DNA of 58,282 nucleotides from an uncultured Alphaproteobacteria bacterium (GTDB lineage Bacteria; Pseudomonadota; Alphaproteobacteria; Caedimonadales; UBA9215): NCBI GenBank assembly GCA_963974885.1, contig CAXBEY010000003.1, positions 1 to 58,282 of the forward strand, read 5' to 3'. Shown piece by piece: positions 41,991 to 51,340 of this stretch (position 1 is its first letter; each line of letters starts with the position of its first letter). The notes under the pieces were generated by a model. It saw only the letters and a program-made list of their open reading frames with translations, ran no database searches and was not told where the DNA came from. The position numbers and the translations under genes were made by a program.

Positions 41991-42152
41991 TATAGAAACT
42001 TCTGAAAAAATGGCTAAACGAAGTGGTTTTGGATGAGAAAGAAGTGAAGCGAGATCGTGGAAACGTAAGCGTACCTTAAGTACGTGCGTCCCGCGAAAGT
42101 CGAGTCTTTGCTTTTTTATCGCCAAAAGAGCCTTCTTGCAGAAGTTTCTATA
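41991..42152. mobile_element. Palindromic element family A, intergenic copy
   Basis: TATAGAAACTTCTG…CAGAAGTTTCTATA; colinear with the eno insertion. Confidence 0.92.
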
Positions 42153-42289
42153 GATATTTTGGCGGAAGTGTGGCCTATTTGCAAACCCTATCTTTAATAA
42201 GAGTTATAAATTTTTAATGGCTTTACAAATCTTTAAAAATTGATGAAAATTATATTAAAATTTGAGTGATCTTACAGGGAGCCACCAAG

Positions 42290-44317
42290 GTGCATACAAA
42301 AAGCAATAGCCACACCAAAGCGCAATTATCATCAAAAATCATTGTTTCCGCAACGGCCCTCTTGCTAGCAGCTTGCCAGGATCAAGGTCCTCGGAGCTCT
42401 TCGATGGCAGGCCATGAGGAGGTTGATCTAACCCTTGCGCAAATGCTCGAGGTTGACCATAAAAGCGAGGAAGACCAACAAATTGTCCTCGGCATGAAGG
42501 CGATGCTTCAGGGTGACCTTCAACTAGCCTCCAAGACCTTTAATAAACTGCTCATTGATGATCCCATGAATGCGCAAGTTCATACGCTTAATGCCTTAAC
42601 CTATCACCTGATGTCAAAGGATGGAGACCTTGCAAAAATTACCCTCGCCAAAGCGGGGTTTGAACAAGTCCTTAAAATTGACCCAACGAACACTCTCGCC
42701 TCCCTTCAATTGGGGCGTATTGCAGCGGGCAAAAAAGATTATGTAAAGGCACAAGAATTTTTCTCTAATGTTCTTTTACTTGATTCAAGACATATGGACG
42801 CTCAATTTGAATTAGCCTCAGCCTCTTATCAACTGGGAGACCTTAAAACCGCGGCCATGAGTATTGATCGTGTTATGACAGCCCAACCCAATGAAGCCCG
42901 TAATGTACGCGCCGCGGCTCTCATTTATGCGGCTCTCGGTAATAAGGAGCAAGCTCAAATTTATCTTGCAAAATATAGCACTCTGCCCGTTAGAAAACGC
43001 CATAAAAAATACCTTGAGCAACGGGTGCAAGATTGGGCAGATCTCCATAATTCAGGGCGCCTTGTAGCCCAAGCCGATATAGGCGCAGAACCAGAAGAAG
43101 AAGCTTCTGCGTCAACCCCCGCCGAAGGAGAGGACATTTCTGAAACCCCTGCCACTGCTACTGCTGCTGCTGCTCCCGAGCCAACCCCTGAACCAACTGT
43201 AACACCTATTGTAGAGCCTCAAGCCCCAGAAGAAGACAATCAAGTCATGGTCAAAGACCGTCAAGAAGATATGGTTGTGGTTGATGCGGTGATTATGCGT
43301 GTTTCTGAAACAGGTAGAACCGCTAAGGGTAATAATATCATGGATACGTTTACCCTCTCTTTATCCCCCTTTAACTATTTTAAAGCTCGAAACACCTCTC
43401 AGCCTATTACTGCTAATGTTGCTCCCATTTTTCCATCAAATAATGCCATTACTACTGCTGCTGGGGTGCCCGCAGGAACAGCAGGTGCAGGCTCTCTTAT
43501 AGCTGAGCCTGTCGGAATGTCAAACCTCATTACCCAAGGGCTTTCCTTTGGCACCATTAACTATTCCCTCAATATTGCCAATTCAACGGATTCCTATATT
43601 GAAATCATTGGACGCCCCACCCTAACGGCTACCATTGGCAAGCCCGCTGATTTCTTTTCAGGAACCAACAAACACATCGCCCTTTCAGGGCAATTTGGCG
43701 GTAATATTACGGAAACCCCCATTGGAACCACCTTAATTGTGACCCCCACGGAATATAAAGATGGCTTTATTACCCTAGATGTTGAACTCAAAGGCAGTAG
43801 TATTACGCAGGTTGCAGGCAGTGTTATTGCTCAACAATCAACGGCCGTTGAATTTGATATTTTAAAGGACCACATTAAAACAACCGTTAAAGTAAAAGCC
43901 GGTGAAACCATCATGCTTGCTGGCATTACCCAGAGGGAACTTATCACCGCCAAGACTGGCGTTCCCCTTTTGCAAAGCATCCCTGGTATTCAGTATTTCT
44001 TTTCAAGAGAAACCTCTACCAGTGATCGAAAATCCGTCATGTATCTCCTCACACCGCGGAGCTATGCTAAGACAATAACTGAAACTAAACGCTTTTTTGC
44101 TAAGGGTGAAGAATATGGTAAACGTCCTCGCCTAGACGAGCTAGAGATGCGGCACAAAGATTGGTATGATCCCAGCACTAACAACACACTCATTTTACAA
44201 CATCTTGCTCCTGTTTATGACGAATTTAGAACCGGTGACCTCCATGATATTGAGTGGGGCCATGAAGATGATGTGGCCAAACAGTTGAATTCTATTGCTA
44301 ACTTTTTATGGTATTAA
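42290..44317 (+). CDS. Lipoprotein with N-terminal TPRs fused to a secretin-family domain
   Basis: Lipobox LAAC; TPR helices; Pro/Ala/Glu linker; secretin motifs PTLTATIGKPA, GTTLIVTP, TTVKVKAGETIMLAG, GVPLLQSIPGIQYFF. Confidence 0.8.
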   Translation: MHTKSNSHTKAQLSSKIIVSATALLLAACQDQGPRSSSMAGHEEVDLTLAQMLEVDHKSEEDQQIVLGMKAMLQGDLQLASKTFNKLLIDDPMNAQVHTLNALTYHLMSKDGDLAKITLAKAGFEQVLKIDPTNTLASLQLGRIAAGKKDYVKAQEFFSNVLLLDSRHMDAQFELASASYQLGDLKTAAMSIDRVMTAQPNEARNVRAAALIYAALGNKEQAQIYLAKYSTLPVRKRHKKYLEQRVQDWADLHNSGRLVAQADIGAEPEEEASASTPAEGEDISETPATATAAAAPEPTPEPTVTPIVEPQAPEEDNQVMVKDRQEDMVVVDAVIMRVSETGRTAKGNNIMDTFTLSLSPFNYFKARNTSQPITANVAPIFPSNNAITTAAGVPAGTAGAGSLIAEPVGMSNLITQGLSFGTINYSLNIANSTDSYIEIIGRPTLTATIGKPADFFSGTNKHIALSGQFGGNITETPIGTTLIVTPTEYKDGFITLDVELKGSSITQVAGSVIAQQSTAVEFDILKDHIKTTVKVKAGETIMLAGITQRELITAKTGVPLLQSIPGIQYFFSRETSTSDRKSVMYLLTPRSYAKTITETKRFFAKGEEYGKRPRLDELEMRHKDWYDPSTNNTLILQHLAPVYDEFRTGDLHDIEWGHEDDVAKQLNSIANFLWY

Positions 44318-44321
44318 AAAA

Positions 44322-45881
44322 CTAGGCTTTGGGCTTCATGGCTGGAAAGGCGATCACATCCCGAATGCTTGGTGAAGCTGTCAGCAGCATGGTCAAGCGA
44401 TCAATGCCGACACCAAGGCCACCGGTTGGCGGCAATCCATACTCAAGGGCCGTGATGAAATCTTCATCCATGGCATGGGCTTCATCATCTCCGCCGTCTT
44501 TATGGACAACTTGAGCTTCAAAACGTTTGCGTTGATCGATGGGATCATTGAGCTCGGAAAAGCCATTGGCGATTTCCCACCCATTCACATAAGTTTCAAA
44601 GCGCTCTGTTAAACGGGGATCTGTTGGGTGTTTTTTGGCTAAGGGTGAAATGTCTAGGGGCAGCTCGGTCACATGGGTTGGTTGAATGAGAGACTCCTCA
44701 ACATTTTCCTCAAACACAGCCTCAACAATTTTTCCCCAGGGCGTGCCAGCTTTCACGTGAACACCCAGCTCCTTAGCGGCAGCAATAGCCTCATCGGCCG
44801 TTGCAATGGCATTGAAATCAACCCCTGTCTTTTCTTCAATGAGGCCACACATAGAGGCTCTGCGCCATGGCGCTTTGAACTCTAAGGTTTTGCCCTCACT
44901 AAAGTCAACGGATGTTTGTCCAAGAACGCTTTTTGCAACGTGGGCAACCATAGATTCGGTAAGGGTCATGATATCATTGTAATCCGCATAGGCTTGATAA
45001 AGCTCAACTTGTGTGAATTCAGGATTATGCCGCGTTGACACCCCTTCGTTTCTAAAGCAACGGTTTAGCTCAAAAATCTTATCACTTAACCCACCGACAA
45101 TAAGCTTTTTCAGATAAAGCTCCGGGGCAATGCGCAAAAAGAGATCCATCTCGAGGGCATTATGATGGGTTGTAAAAGGTTTAGCTAAGGCACCGCCAGC
45201 AATGGGATGTAGCATGGGTGTTTCTACTTCTAAGAACCCCTCTTCAGTAAGATAATGGCGGATCGCAGACGTAATGGCCGAGCGTTTACGCAAGGTATCC
45301 CGTGACTCTTCGCTCATGATGAGGTCAAGATAACGTTGGCGATAGCGCGTTTCAATATCACTGAGGCCGTGATATTTCTCGGGCAAGGGCAGCAAAGCTT
45401 TGCCAAGAAAGGTCACCTCTTGGGCATTGATGGTCAGCTCCCCTCTGGGCGTGCGACGCACATAGCCGGTGACCCCAATATGATCTCCGATATCAAGGGG
45501 CTTAACTAATTTCATAACCGCTTCTGGAGAGTACTCTTTGTGGGAGAAAATTTGAATCTTGCCCTGGGTATCTCGCAAATCAATGAACATCCCATTATTA
45601 CGGGAGGAACGAATACGTCCGGCAACGGTTACACTATCTTTTGTTTCTTGCTCATTTTCAAGGTAGCCATAAGTAGCGATCACCTCTGTGATTTCATGGG
45701 TCTTCTTGAAGGTTGAGGGAAAAGGTTTAATGCCTGACTCCAAAAGGTTCTTTAGTTTTTGCAAGCGGGCGGCGCGGAATTGATTTTTCTCGTTGGCGAG
45801 CTCTTGAGTCACAAGCTCTATCTCTTGTGTATCAAGGGAAAGGGGTTCAGAAATTAGGGTGTTAGACATAGCGGTTTTCAT
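44322..45881 (-). CDS. lysS: Lysine-tRNA ligase (class II)
   Basis: RYRQRYLDL, EVETPML, LRIAPELYLK, FRNEG, HNPEF, ALEYGLPPTGGLGVGIDR. Confidence 0.98.
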   Translation of the reverse strand: MKTAMSNTLISEPLSLDTQEIELVTQELANEKNQFRAARLQKLKNLLESGIKPFPSTFKKTHEITEVIATYGYLENEQETKDSVTVAGRIRSSRNNGMFIDLRDTQGKIQIFSHKEYSPEAVMKLVKPLDIGDHIGVTGYVRRTPRGELTINAQEVTFLGKALLPLPEKYHGLSDIETRYRQRYLDLIMSEESRDTLRKRSAITSAIRHYLTEEGFLEVETPMLHPIAGGALAKPFTTHHNALEMDLFLRIAPELYLKKLIVGGLSDKIFELNRCFRNEGVSTRHNPEFTQVELYQAYADYNDIMTLTESMVAHVAKSVLGQTSVDFSEGKTLEFKAPWRRASMCGLIEEKTGVDFNAIATADEAIAAAKELGVHVKAGTPWGKIVEAVFEENVEESLIQPTHVTELPLDISPLAKKHPTDPRLTERFETYVNGWEIANGFSELNDPIDQRKRFEAQVVHKDGGDDEAHAMDEDFITALEYGLPPTGGLGVGIDRLTMLLTASPSIRDVIAFPAMKPKA

Positions 45882-46028
45882 TCTTAACTACATAAATGGG
45901 GGACTGTATCCTACTATGGTAAAAAAATGCAAAAAAATCAAGGGTTCCTTTAAGGTTTTTAATTAATGGTTTTTTTGATTTTAATATATACATAAGAGTG
46001 TCTTAAAAAAAATACCTTAATAAAAATC

Positions 46029-48899
46029 CTAATTCATATTGATAATATCATTTAGGTCCTGTTCTTCAAGGATGCCGACCCTTTTTAAAAGATGAACCAT
46101 ACCAGCCTCATTAACACCCTGAACTTTATAGTCATCATCAGATTCAAGCATTAACTCTATGTCGTCTTCAAAGATTTCTTTTAATCCTTTATAGATTGGG
46201 AGGACTTCTTCCTCGGCCTCTGCTTTAACATGTCGGTTAAAGGCAGTCATTAAGAGTGGCAGAAATCCATCCATAGTGATGCCTCTATAATAAGCATCTA
46301 GAATATCTTGTAAGGGCAACCCCAGAACATTTCGACTAATGCATCCTGCATTGATATCAAATCTTGGGCCTTCAGATAAACCAACCTTATCTCCAATTAA
46401 GCCTCTCACAAATTGAATCTGATGGGCTGCTTGTTCCAGATCTTCATCTTGAGGTGTGCCACAAACCTTCTTCATAAAAAAGCTTTCAGGTGAAAATTGA
46501 CTTGAAACAACTGACTGGATGCTTAAAAGAAGAGACTCCATAACAGGGACTTCAACTTTATCGCAATCAAAGGATCCTGATTTTGTTTGAATGCGGTACT
46601 GAGAAGGAAGACCCATATACCAGTCCTGAATAGCTGTATTTTTACCGACTTTACAGTTACGAACACTAGAAAGGAATGTGCTTAAACGGAGCCATTTATC
46701 CTCTTCATCGGGCATTAAGGAGAACCAGTTCATGACACACTTCATCTTAGAGCCCTCCATGGACTCTCTTGAAGCATTCATCAGGGCGCAGAAATGAGAG
46801 GTGGGGTCTATGGCCTTTTTAATGAGTACATCTATGGTTGTTTTTGTTCCTTTTGCAATTTGATTAGCACCCGCAAACAATTGACCACTATCTTTTAAGT
46901 TATCTTGAAGTTTGTTCAGGAGAGACATAAAATTTTTAGATGTTAAAGAAGGGACACTGGAAAGATCCACTTGCATTTGCTCAGCAAAGGCCATGATCGC
47001 GCGCGGATTGAGAATTTCTATTTTTCCTCCAACCTTTCTTTTGATGAGAGGTAAGCCTTTCCAATCAATGGAAACGTCTCTTTTATCTTGAAGTTTTTCA
47101 TAAACCACATAGGGATTTCTTTCATCCTCCTCAGAACGAATCACCGTTCCTATGCGTAAAGCAAGTTGAACCAATTCATGTTCTTCATGAAGCCCAATTT
47201 CTAAATATTTTTCTGTAATGAAGTTAAGAAAGTAGTTTGCACGGGTTTTGTTCTCGTGATTGAGGATAGATTTCCAATAGTTAAAAAGCGATATTTTTTG
47301 ATCATCACCAGAAAGGCACTGAGCTAGTGTATAAGCTACAAGATTTTGCATGGCATTCTGGTAAACCTCAGTTTGCGGATCATTTTTTACAACCTTTTTC
47401 ACGCCTTGTAAATATGAGTTCCGGTTTTGAGGCTCAATAAAGGGAAGGGATGCTATTATGTATGGGAGCGAGCCGCCATAGCCTCTAAACGCTAAAAGGC
47501 CGTCCATAATAGAGTCAATCTCCTTAGTATCCATCATACTAAAAGTCTGGATAACACTAGCACACTCATATGCATGCGGTCTGTCATATTCGAATAACTT
47601 TAAATAGGCCTCTAGAATAGAACCTAACCGTTCAGTCTGAATTCTCCCCAATGCCTGGATGATGCTAGCGCAGTTATTTCCATTCCACTCTTCTCTTTTT
47701 GAGAGTGTTGAGTAGGCTTGTGCAACACCCTCTAACCGTTCAGGCTGAATTTTTTCCAATGCCTCGATGATAGAAGTGCAGTAATATCCACCCCACTCTT
47801 TTCCCTCTGAGAGTATTGAGAAGGCAGTTACAACATCCTCTAACCGTCCAGGCTGAACTTTCCCCAATGCCTTGATGATGGAGACGTTGTCAATTATACG
47901 CCATTTTTTACCCTCTGAGAGTGTTGACCAGGCAGTTAAAACATCCTCTAACCGTCCAGGCTGAACAGCACCCAATGCCTTGATGATGGAAGAGAGGTCA
48001 TCTATATTCCACTCTTTGCCCTCTGAGAGTGTTGACCAGGCCTTTAGAGCAGCCTCTATCCGTTCAGACTGAATTTTCCCTAATGCCTTGATGATGTCAG
48101 CGCAGTCCCATCCATTCCACTCTTTGCCCTTTGAGACTGTTGACCAGGCCTTTAGAGCATCATCTAATCGTTCAGGCTGAATTTCCCCCAATGTTTTGAT
48201 GATGCTCAGCAGGTCATATCTACCCCACTCTTTGCCCTTTGAGACTGTTGAGTAGGCAGTTACAACATCCTCTAACCGTTCAGGCTGAATTATCCTCAGT
48301 GCCTTGATGATGTTTCCGATGTAAAAACCACGCCACTTTTTGCCCTTTGAGACTGTTGAGTAGGCTTGTGCAACACCCTCTAACCGTTCAGGCTGAATTT
48401 CCCCCAATGCCTCAATGATGGAAGCGCAGTCTTTTCCCGCCCACTCTTTGCCTTTTGAGACTGTTGAGTAGGCTTGTGCAACACCCTCTAACCGTTCAGG
48501 CTGAATTTCCCCCAATGTCTTGACGATGTTTCCGATGTAAAAACCACTCCATTCTTTACCTGTTGAGAGTGTTGAACAGGCCTCTTGAATACCATTTAAC
48601 CGTTCAGGCTGAATTTTCCCCAATTGCTTGATGATGTCAGCGCGGTCATTTCCATTCCATTTTTTGCCCTTTGGGAGTGTTGAGTAGGCTTGTGCAACAC
48701 CATCTAACCTTTCAGGTTTAATGTTTCCCAAAGCTTTCATGATGGTAGCGCAGTCATATCCACTCCACTCTTTGCCCTCTGAGAGTTTCAAAAAGGCCTC
48801 TTGAATAGGATCGACTGTCCCAGTCTGTTCACTGGCTTGTGCTGAGAAAGCCAGTAATGAAAGGGAGAGGATCACATAAGCAGAATTTCTATTTTTCAT
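46029..48899 (-). CDS. Secreted protein with 11-12 tandem 36-aa repeats and an unknown C-terminal domain (putative effector)
   Basis: Signal peptide (…FSAQA); repeat consensus VxxAYSTLSKGKEW-x7-IIKALGxIQPERLEx. Confidence 0.85.
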   Translation of the reverse strand: MKNRNSAYVILSLSLLAFSAQASEQTGTVDPIQEAFLKLSEGKEWSGYDCATIMKALGNIKPERLDGVAQAYSTLPKGKKWNGNDRADIIKQLGKIQPERLNGIQEACSTLSTGKEWSGFYIGNIVKTLGEIQPERLEGVAQAYSTVSKGKEWAGKDCASIIEALGEIQPERLEGVAQAYSTVSKGKKWRGFYIGNIIKALRIIQPERLEDVVTAYSTVSKGKEWGRYDLLSIIKTLGEIQPERLDDALKAWSTVSKGKEWNGWDCADIIKALGKIQSERIEAALKAWSTLSEGKEWNIDDLSSIIKALGAVQPGRLEDVLTAWSTLSEGKKWRIIDNVSIIKALGKVQPGRLEDVVTAFSILSEGKEWGGYYCTSIIEALEKIQPERLEGVAQAYSTLSKREEWNGNNCASIIQALGRIQTERLGSILEAYLKLFEYDRPHAYECASVIQTFSMMDTKEIDSIMDGLLAFRGYGGSLPYIIASLPFIEPQNRNSYLQGVKKVVKNDPQTEVYQNAMQNLVAYTLAQCLSGDDQKISLFNYWKSILNHENKTRANYFLNFITEKYLEIGLHEEHELVQLALRIGTVIRSEEDERNPYVVYEKLQDKRDVSIDWKGLPLIKRKVGGKIEILNPRAIMAFAEQMQVDLSSVPSLTSKNFMSLLNKLQDNLKDSGQLFAGANQIAKGTKTTIDVLIKKAIDPTSHFCALMNASRESMEGSKMKCVMNWFSLMPDEEDKWLRLSTFLSSVRNCKVGKNTAIQDWYMGLPSQYRIQTKSGSFDCDKVEVPVMESLLLSIQSVVSSQFSPESFFMKKVCGTPQDEDLEQAAHQIQFVRGLIGDKVGLSEGPRFDINAGCISRNVLGLPLQDILDAYYRGITMDGFLPLLMTAFNRHVKAEAEEEVLPIYKGLKEIFEDDIELMLESDDDYKVQGVNEAGMVHLLKRVGILEEQDLNDIINMN
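47619..48806 (-). repeat. Eleven 108-bp intragenic tandem repeats (a 12th degenerate copy extends to about 47511)
   Basis: CCACTCTTTGCCC and AACCGTTCAGGCTGAAT recur at 108-bp period. Confidence 0.95.
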
Positions 48900-49255
48900 A
48901 ATACTTTACTTTATTTGTTGTTAAATACTTCGTTTACTTAATTATATAAAACTTTTAAATATAAATATTTATCCGTATAAATTTTGCTCCGTTGCAAAAA
49001 AGACTGTGGTACTTTCGGTACCATTTTCGGTACCTTTGTGCAGGCAAACCTTATATATATGTTCTGTTAATAACAATTTAAAAATTATAGTCAAAATATG
49101 ATATACATAAGAGTTCATTGTTCTCATAATAGTGTCTTTATTTAAATTCTAAAATTATATATATAAATATTTTCAATATATTTGTCTATACGTATAAATA
49201 CCTAGTCTGTGTCAAAAAATTCTAAAAAAGAGATTCAAAAGCGCGCCACCTCTTC

Positions 49256-49287
49256 CCTTTACATTTTTCTTGATAAAATGCACTATA
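49256..49287 (+). promoter_or_regulatory. Putative sigma70 promoter of tkt-gap, duplicated at 54865-54896
   Basis: TTTACA…CACTAT; 28/32 identity with the second copy. Confidence 0.5.
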
Positions 49288-49329
49288 TAGGAAGAAAAAT
49301 AAGCAGAGAAATAACCCAAGGGAAACAGC

Positions 49330-51339
49330 GTGTTTAAATCAAATCACACCTTCCAAAAATCAAAGAAAATGGCCGATGCAATCCGTGTTCTTGCCATGGA
49401 TGCCGTTGAACGAGCTCAGTCAGGACACCCGGGCATGCCCATGGGAATGGCCGATGTGGCAACGGTTCTTTATTCAGGGTTTTTAAAATTTAATCCAAAG
49501 GATCCCACGTGGTTTGATCGCGACCGCTTTATTTTGTCCGCTGGCCACGGCTCTATGTTGCTTTATGCCTTAAATTATTTAACAGGCTATGACCAAATGA
49601 CTTTGGAGCAGTTAAAGAATTTTCGCCAATTGGGAAGCCTCACGGCAGGACATCCTGAATATCACCCAGAACTCGGCATTGAAACAACCACAGGTCCTTT
49701 GGGGCAAGGTCTCGGAATGGCCACAGGTATGGCTTTGGGAGAAGCTATTTTAAGGGTGCGTTCTGGAGAAGACTTAGTTGACCACCATACCTATGTTATT
49801 GCCGGAGACGGATGCTTGATGGAAGGTCTTTCCCACGAAGCTATTTCCCTTGCGGGCCATCTCCAATTGGGCAAACTCATTGTGTTGTTTGATGATAATC
49901 ATATTACCATCGATGGCTCGACGGATATTTCTTCCAGTGAGGATACCTTAAAGCGTTTTGACGCCGCTGGATGGCAGATTCAACAAATCGACGGCCATGA
50001 TCATCAGGCTATTTTTGAAGCCCTCACCCGAGCAAGAGAAGAAGAAACACAACCCTCTCTTATTGCCTGTCGCACAACCATCGCCTACGGCTCTCCCCAT
50101 AAAGGAGGCACCAGTAGTGCCCATGGGTCTCCCTTAGGAACAGAAGAAATACAAGCGGTCCGAGCAGAACTTGGCTGGGATGCACCGGCCTTTAAAGTTC
50201 CTGAAGAGATCTTGAAAAATTGGCGTTCTGTTGCCGATCGTAACCTCCCCTATTACAAGAAATGGCAGGAAAATTATCTTGCCAGTGACTTTGATTTTAA
50301 GGCTCTCGTGGGTGGTGAAATTCCCGTTAACTGGAAAGGTGAGCTTTTTAATCTTATTGAGGAATTCACCAAAACGGCGCCACAAAAAGCCACAAGGCAA
50401 TCCTCTGGCAAAGTCTTAGAGATCTTAACCGATGAACTGGATGGCCTTATGGGGGGATCTGCTGATTTGTCGGGCTCTAACAATACAAAAACGATTTATT
50501 CAACGGACATTACCCCCCTCGATTATAGCGGGAACTACATTAATTACGGTGTCCGTGAACATGGTATGGCCGCCACAATGAATGGCCTTGCTCTCCATGG
50601 GGGTTTTATTCCCTATGGGGGCACGTTCCTTGTTTTTTCAGACTATGCCAGACCAGCCATACGCCTGTCGGCTCTTATGAAACAACGGGTTGTCTACGTG
50701 ATGACCCATGACTCTATTGGCCTTGGAGAAGATGGTCCAACCCATCAACCCATTGAACACCTTGCCTCTTTACGAGCCATTCCCAATTTAAATGTCTTTC
50801 GTCCCGCTGACGCCGTTGAAGTTGCAGAATGTTGGATGAAGGCTCTTGAGTCTAAGGAAACTCCTTCTATTATGGCGCTGTCTCGCCAAAGCGTTCCCAC
50901 TTTACGCCATACCTATTGCTTTGGGGAGAATCTATCCGCCAACGGGGCTTATGTTATCAAGGCTGCAAAGAATTCCAAGGCGTGTGATAACTGTATTATT
51001 GCAACGGGAACGGAAGTTTCCCTTGCCCTTGAGGCTCAGAAAGTTTTAGAGGCCGCAGGCATTAATGTGCGTGTGGTCTCCATGCCTTGTCGGGACCTTT
51101 TTGAGCAGCAAAGTGAGGATTACATATCAAAGACCCTGGGAGGGTGCCAACATACTTTTGTGATTGAAGCCGCCGCACCCTTTGGCTGGGAAAAATACGC
51201 AACCTCTTCAAAACATATTTTTGGCATTGATACCTTTGGGGCTTCTGCACCTGCTGGCGATCTTTATGCCCACTTTGGGTTAACACCCCATGCCATTGCA
51301 GAAAAAATTCAACTTATTCTTGAGCAAAAAGGACAATAA
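49330..51339 (+). CDS. tkt: Transketolase
   Basis: SGHPG, DRFILSAGHGS, TTGPLGQG, GDGCLMEG, THDSIGLGEDGPTHQP. Confidence 0.98.
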   Translation: MFKSNHTFQKSKKMADAIRVLAMDAVERAQSGHPGMPMGMADVATVLYSGFLKFNPKDPTWFDRDRFILSAGHGSMLLYALNYLTGYDQMTLEQLKNFRQLGSLTAGHPEYHPELGIETTTGPLGQGLGMATGMALGEAILRVRSGEDLVDHHTYVIAGDGCLMEGLSHEAISLAGHLQLGKLIVLFDDNHITIDGSTDISSSEDTLKRFDAAGWQIQQIDGHDHQAIFEALTRAREEETQPSLIACRTTIAYGSPHKGGTSSAHGSPLGTEEIQAVRAELGWDAPAFKVPEEILKNWRSVADRNLPYYKKWQENYLASDFDFKALVGGEIPVNWKGELFNLIEEFTKTAPQKATRQSSGKVLEILTDELDGLMGGSADLSGSNNTKTIYSTDITPLDYSGNYINYGVREHGMAATMNGLALHGGFIPYGGTFLVFSDYARPAIRLSALMKQRVVYVMTHDSIGLGEDGPTHQPIEHLASLRAIPNLNVFRPADAVEVAECWMKALESKETPSIMALSRQSVPTLRHTYCFGENLSANGAYVIKAAKNSKACDNCIIATGTEVSLALEAQKVLEAAGINVRVVSMPCRDLFEQQSEDYISKTLGGCQHTFVIEAAAPFGWEKYATSSKHIFGIDTFGASAPAGDLYAHFGLTPHAIAEKIQLILEQKGQ

Positions 51340-51340
51340 T

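Noticed and set aside
47619-48806. Conserved/variable alternation as a CRISPR or a diversity-generating retroelement
   Set aside because: It lies wholly inside an open reading frame with a 108-bp period; there is no reverse transcriptase or template repeat in the window.
49007-49035. Three GGTAC motifs forming short direct and inverted repeats
   Set aside because: Too short to assign; it could be an operator, but nothing else supports that.
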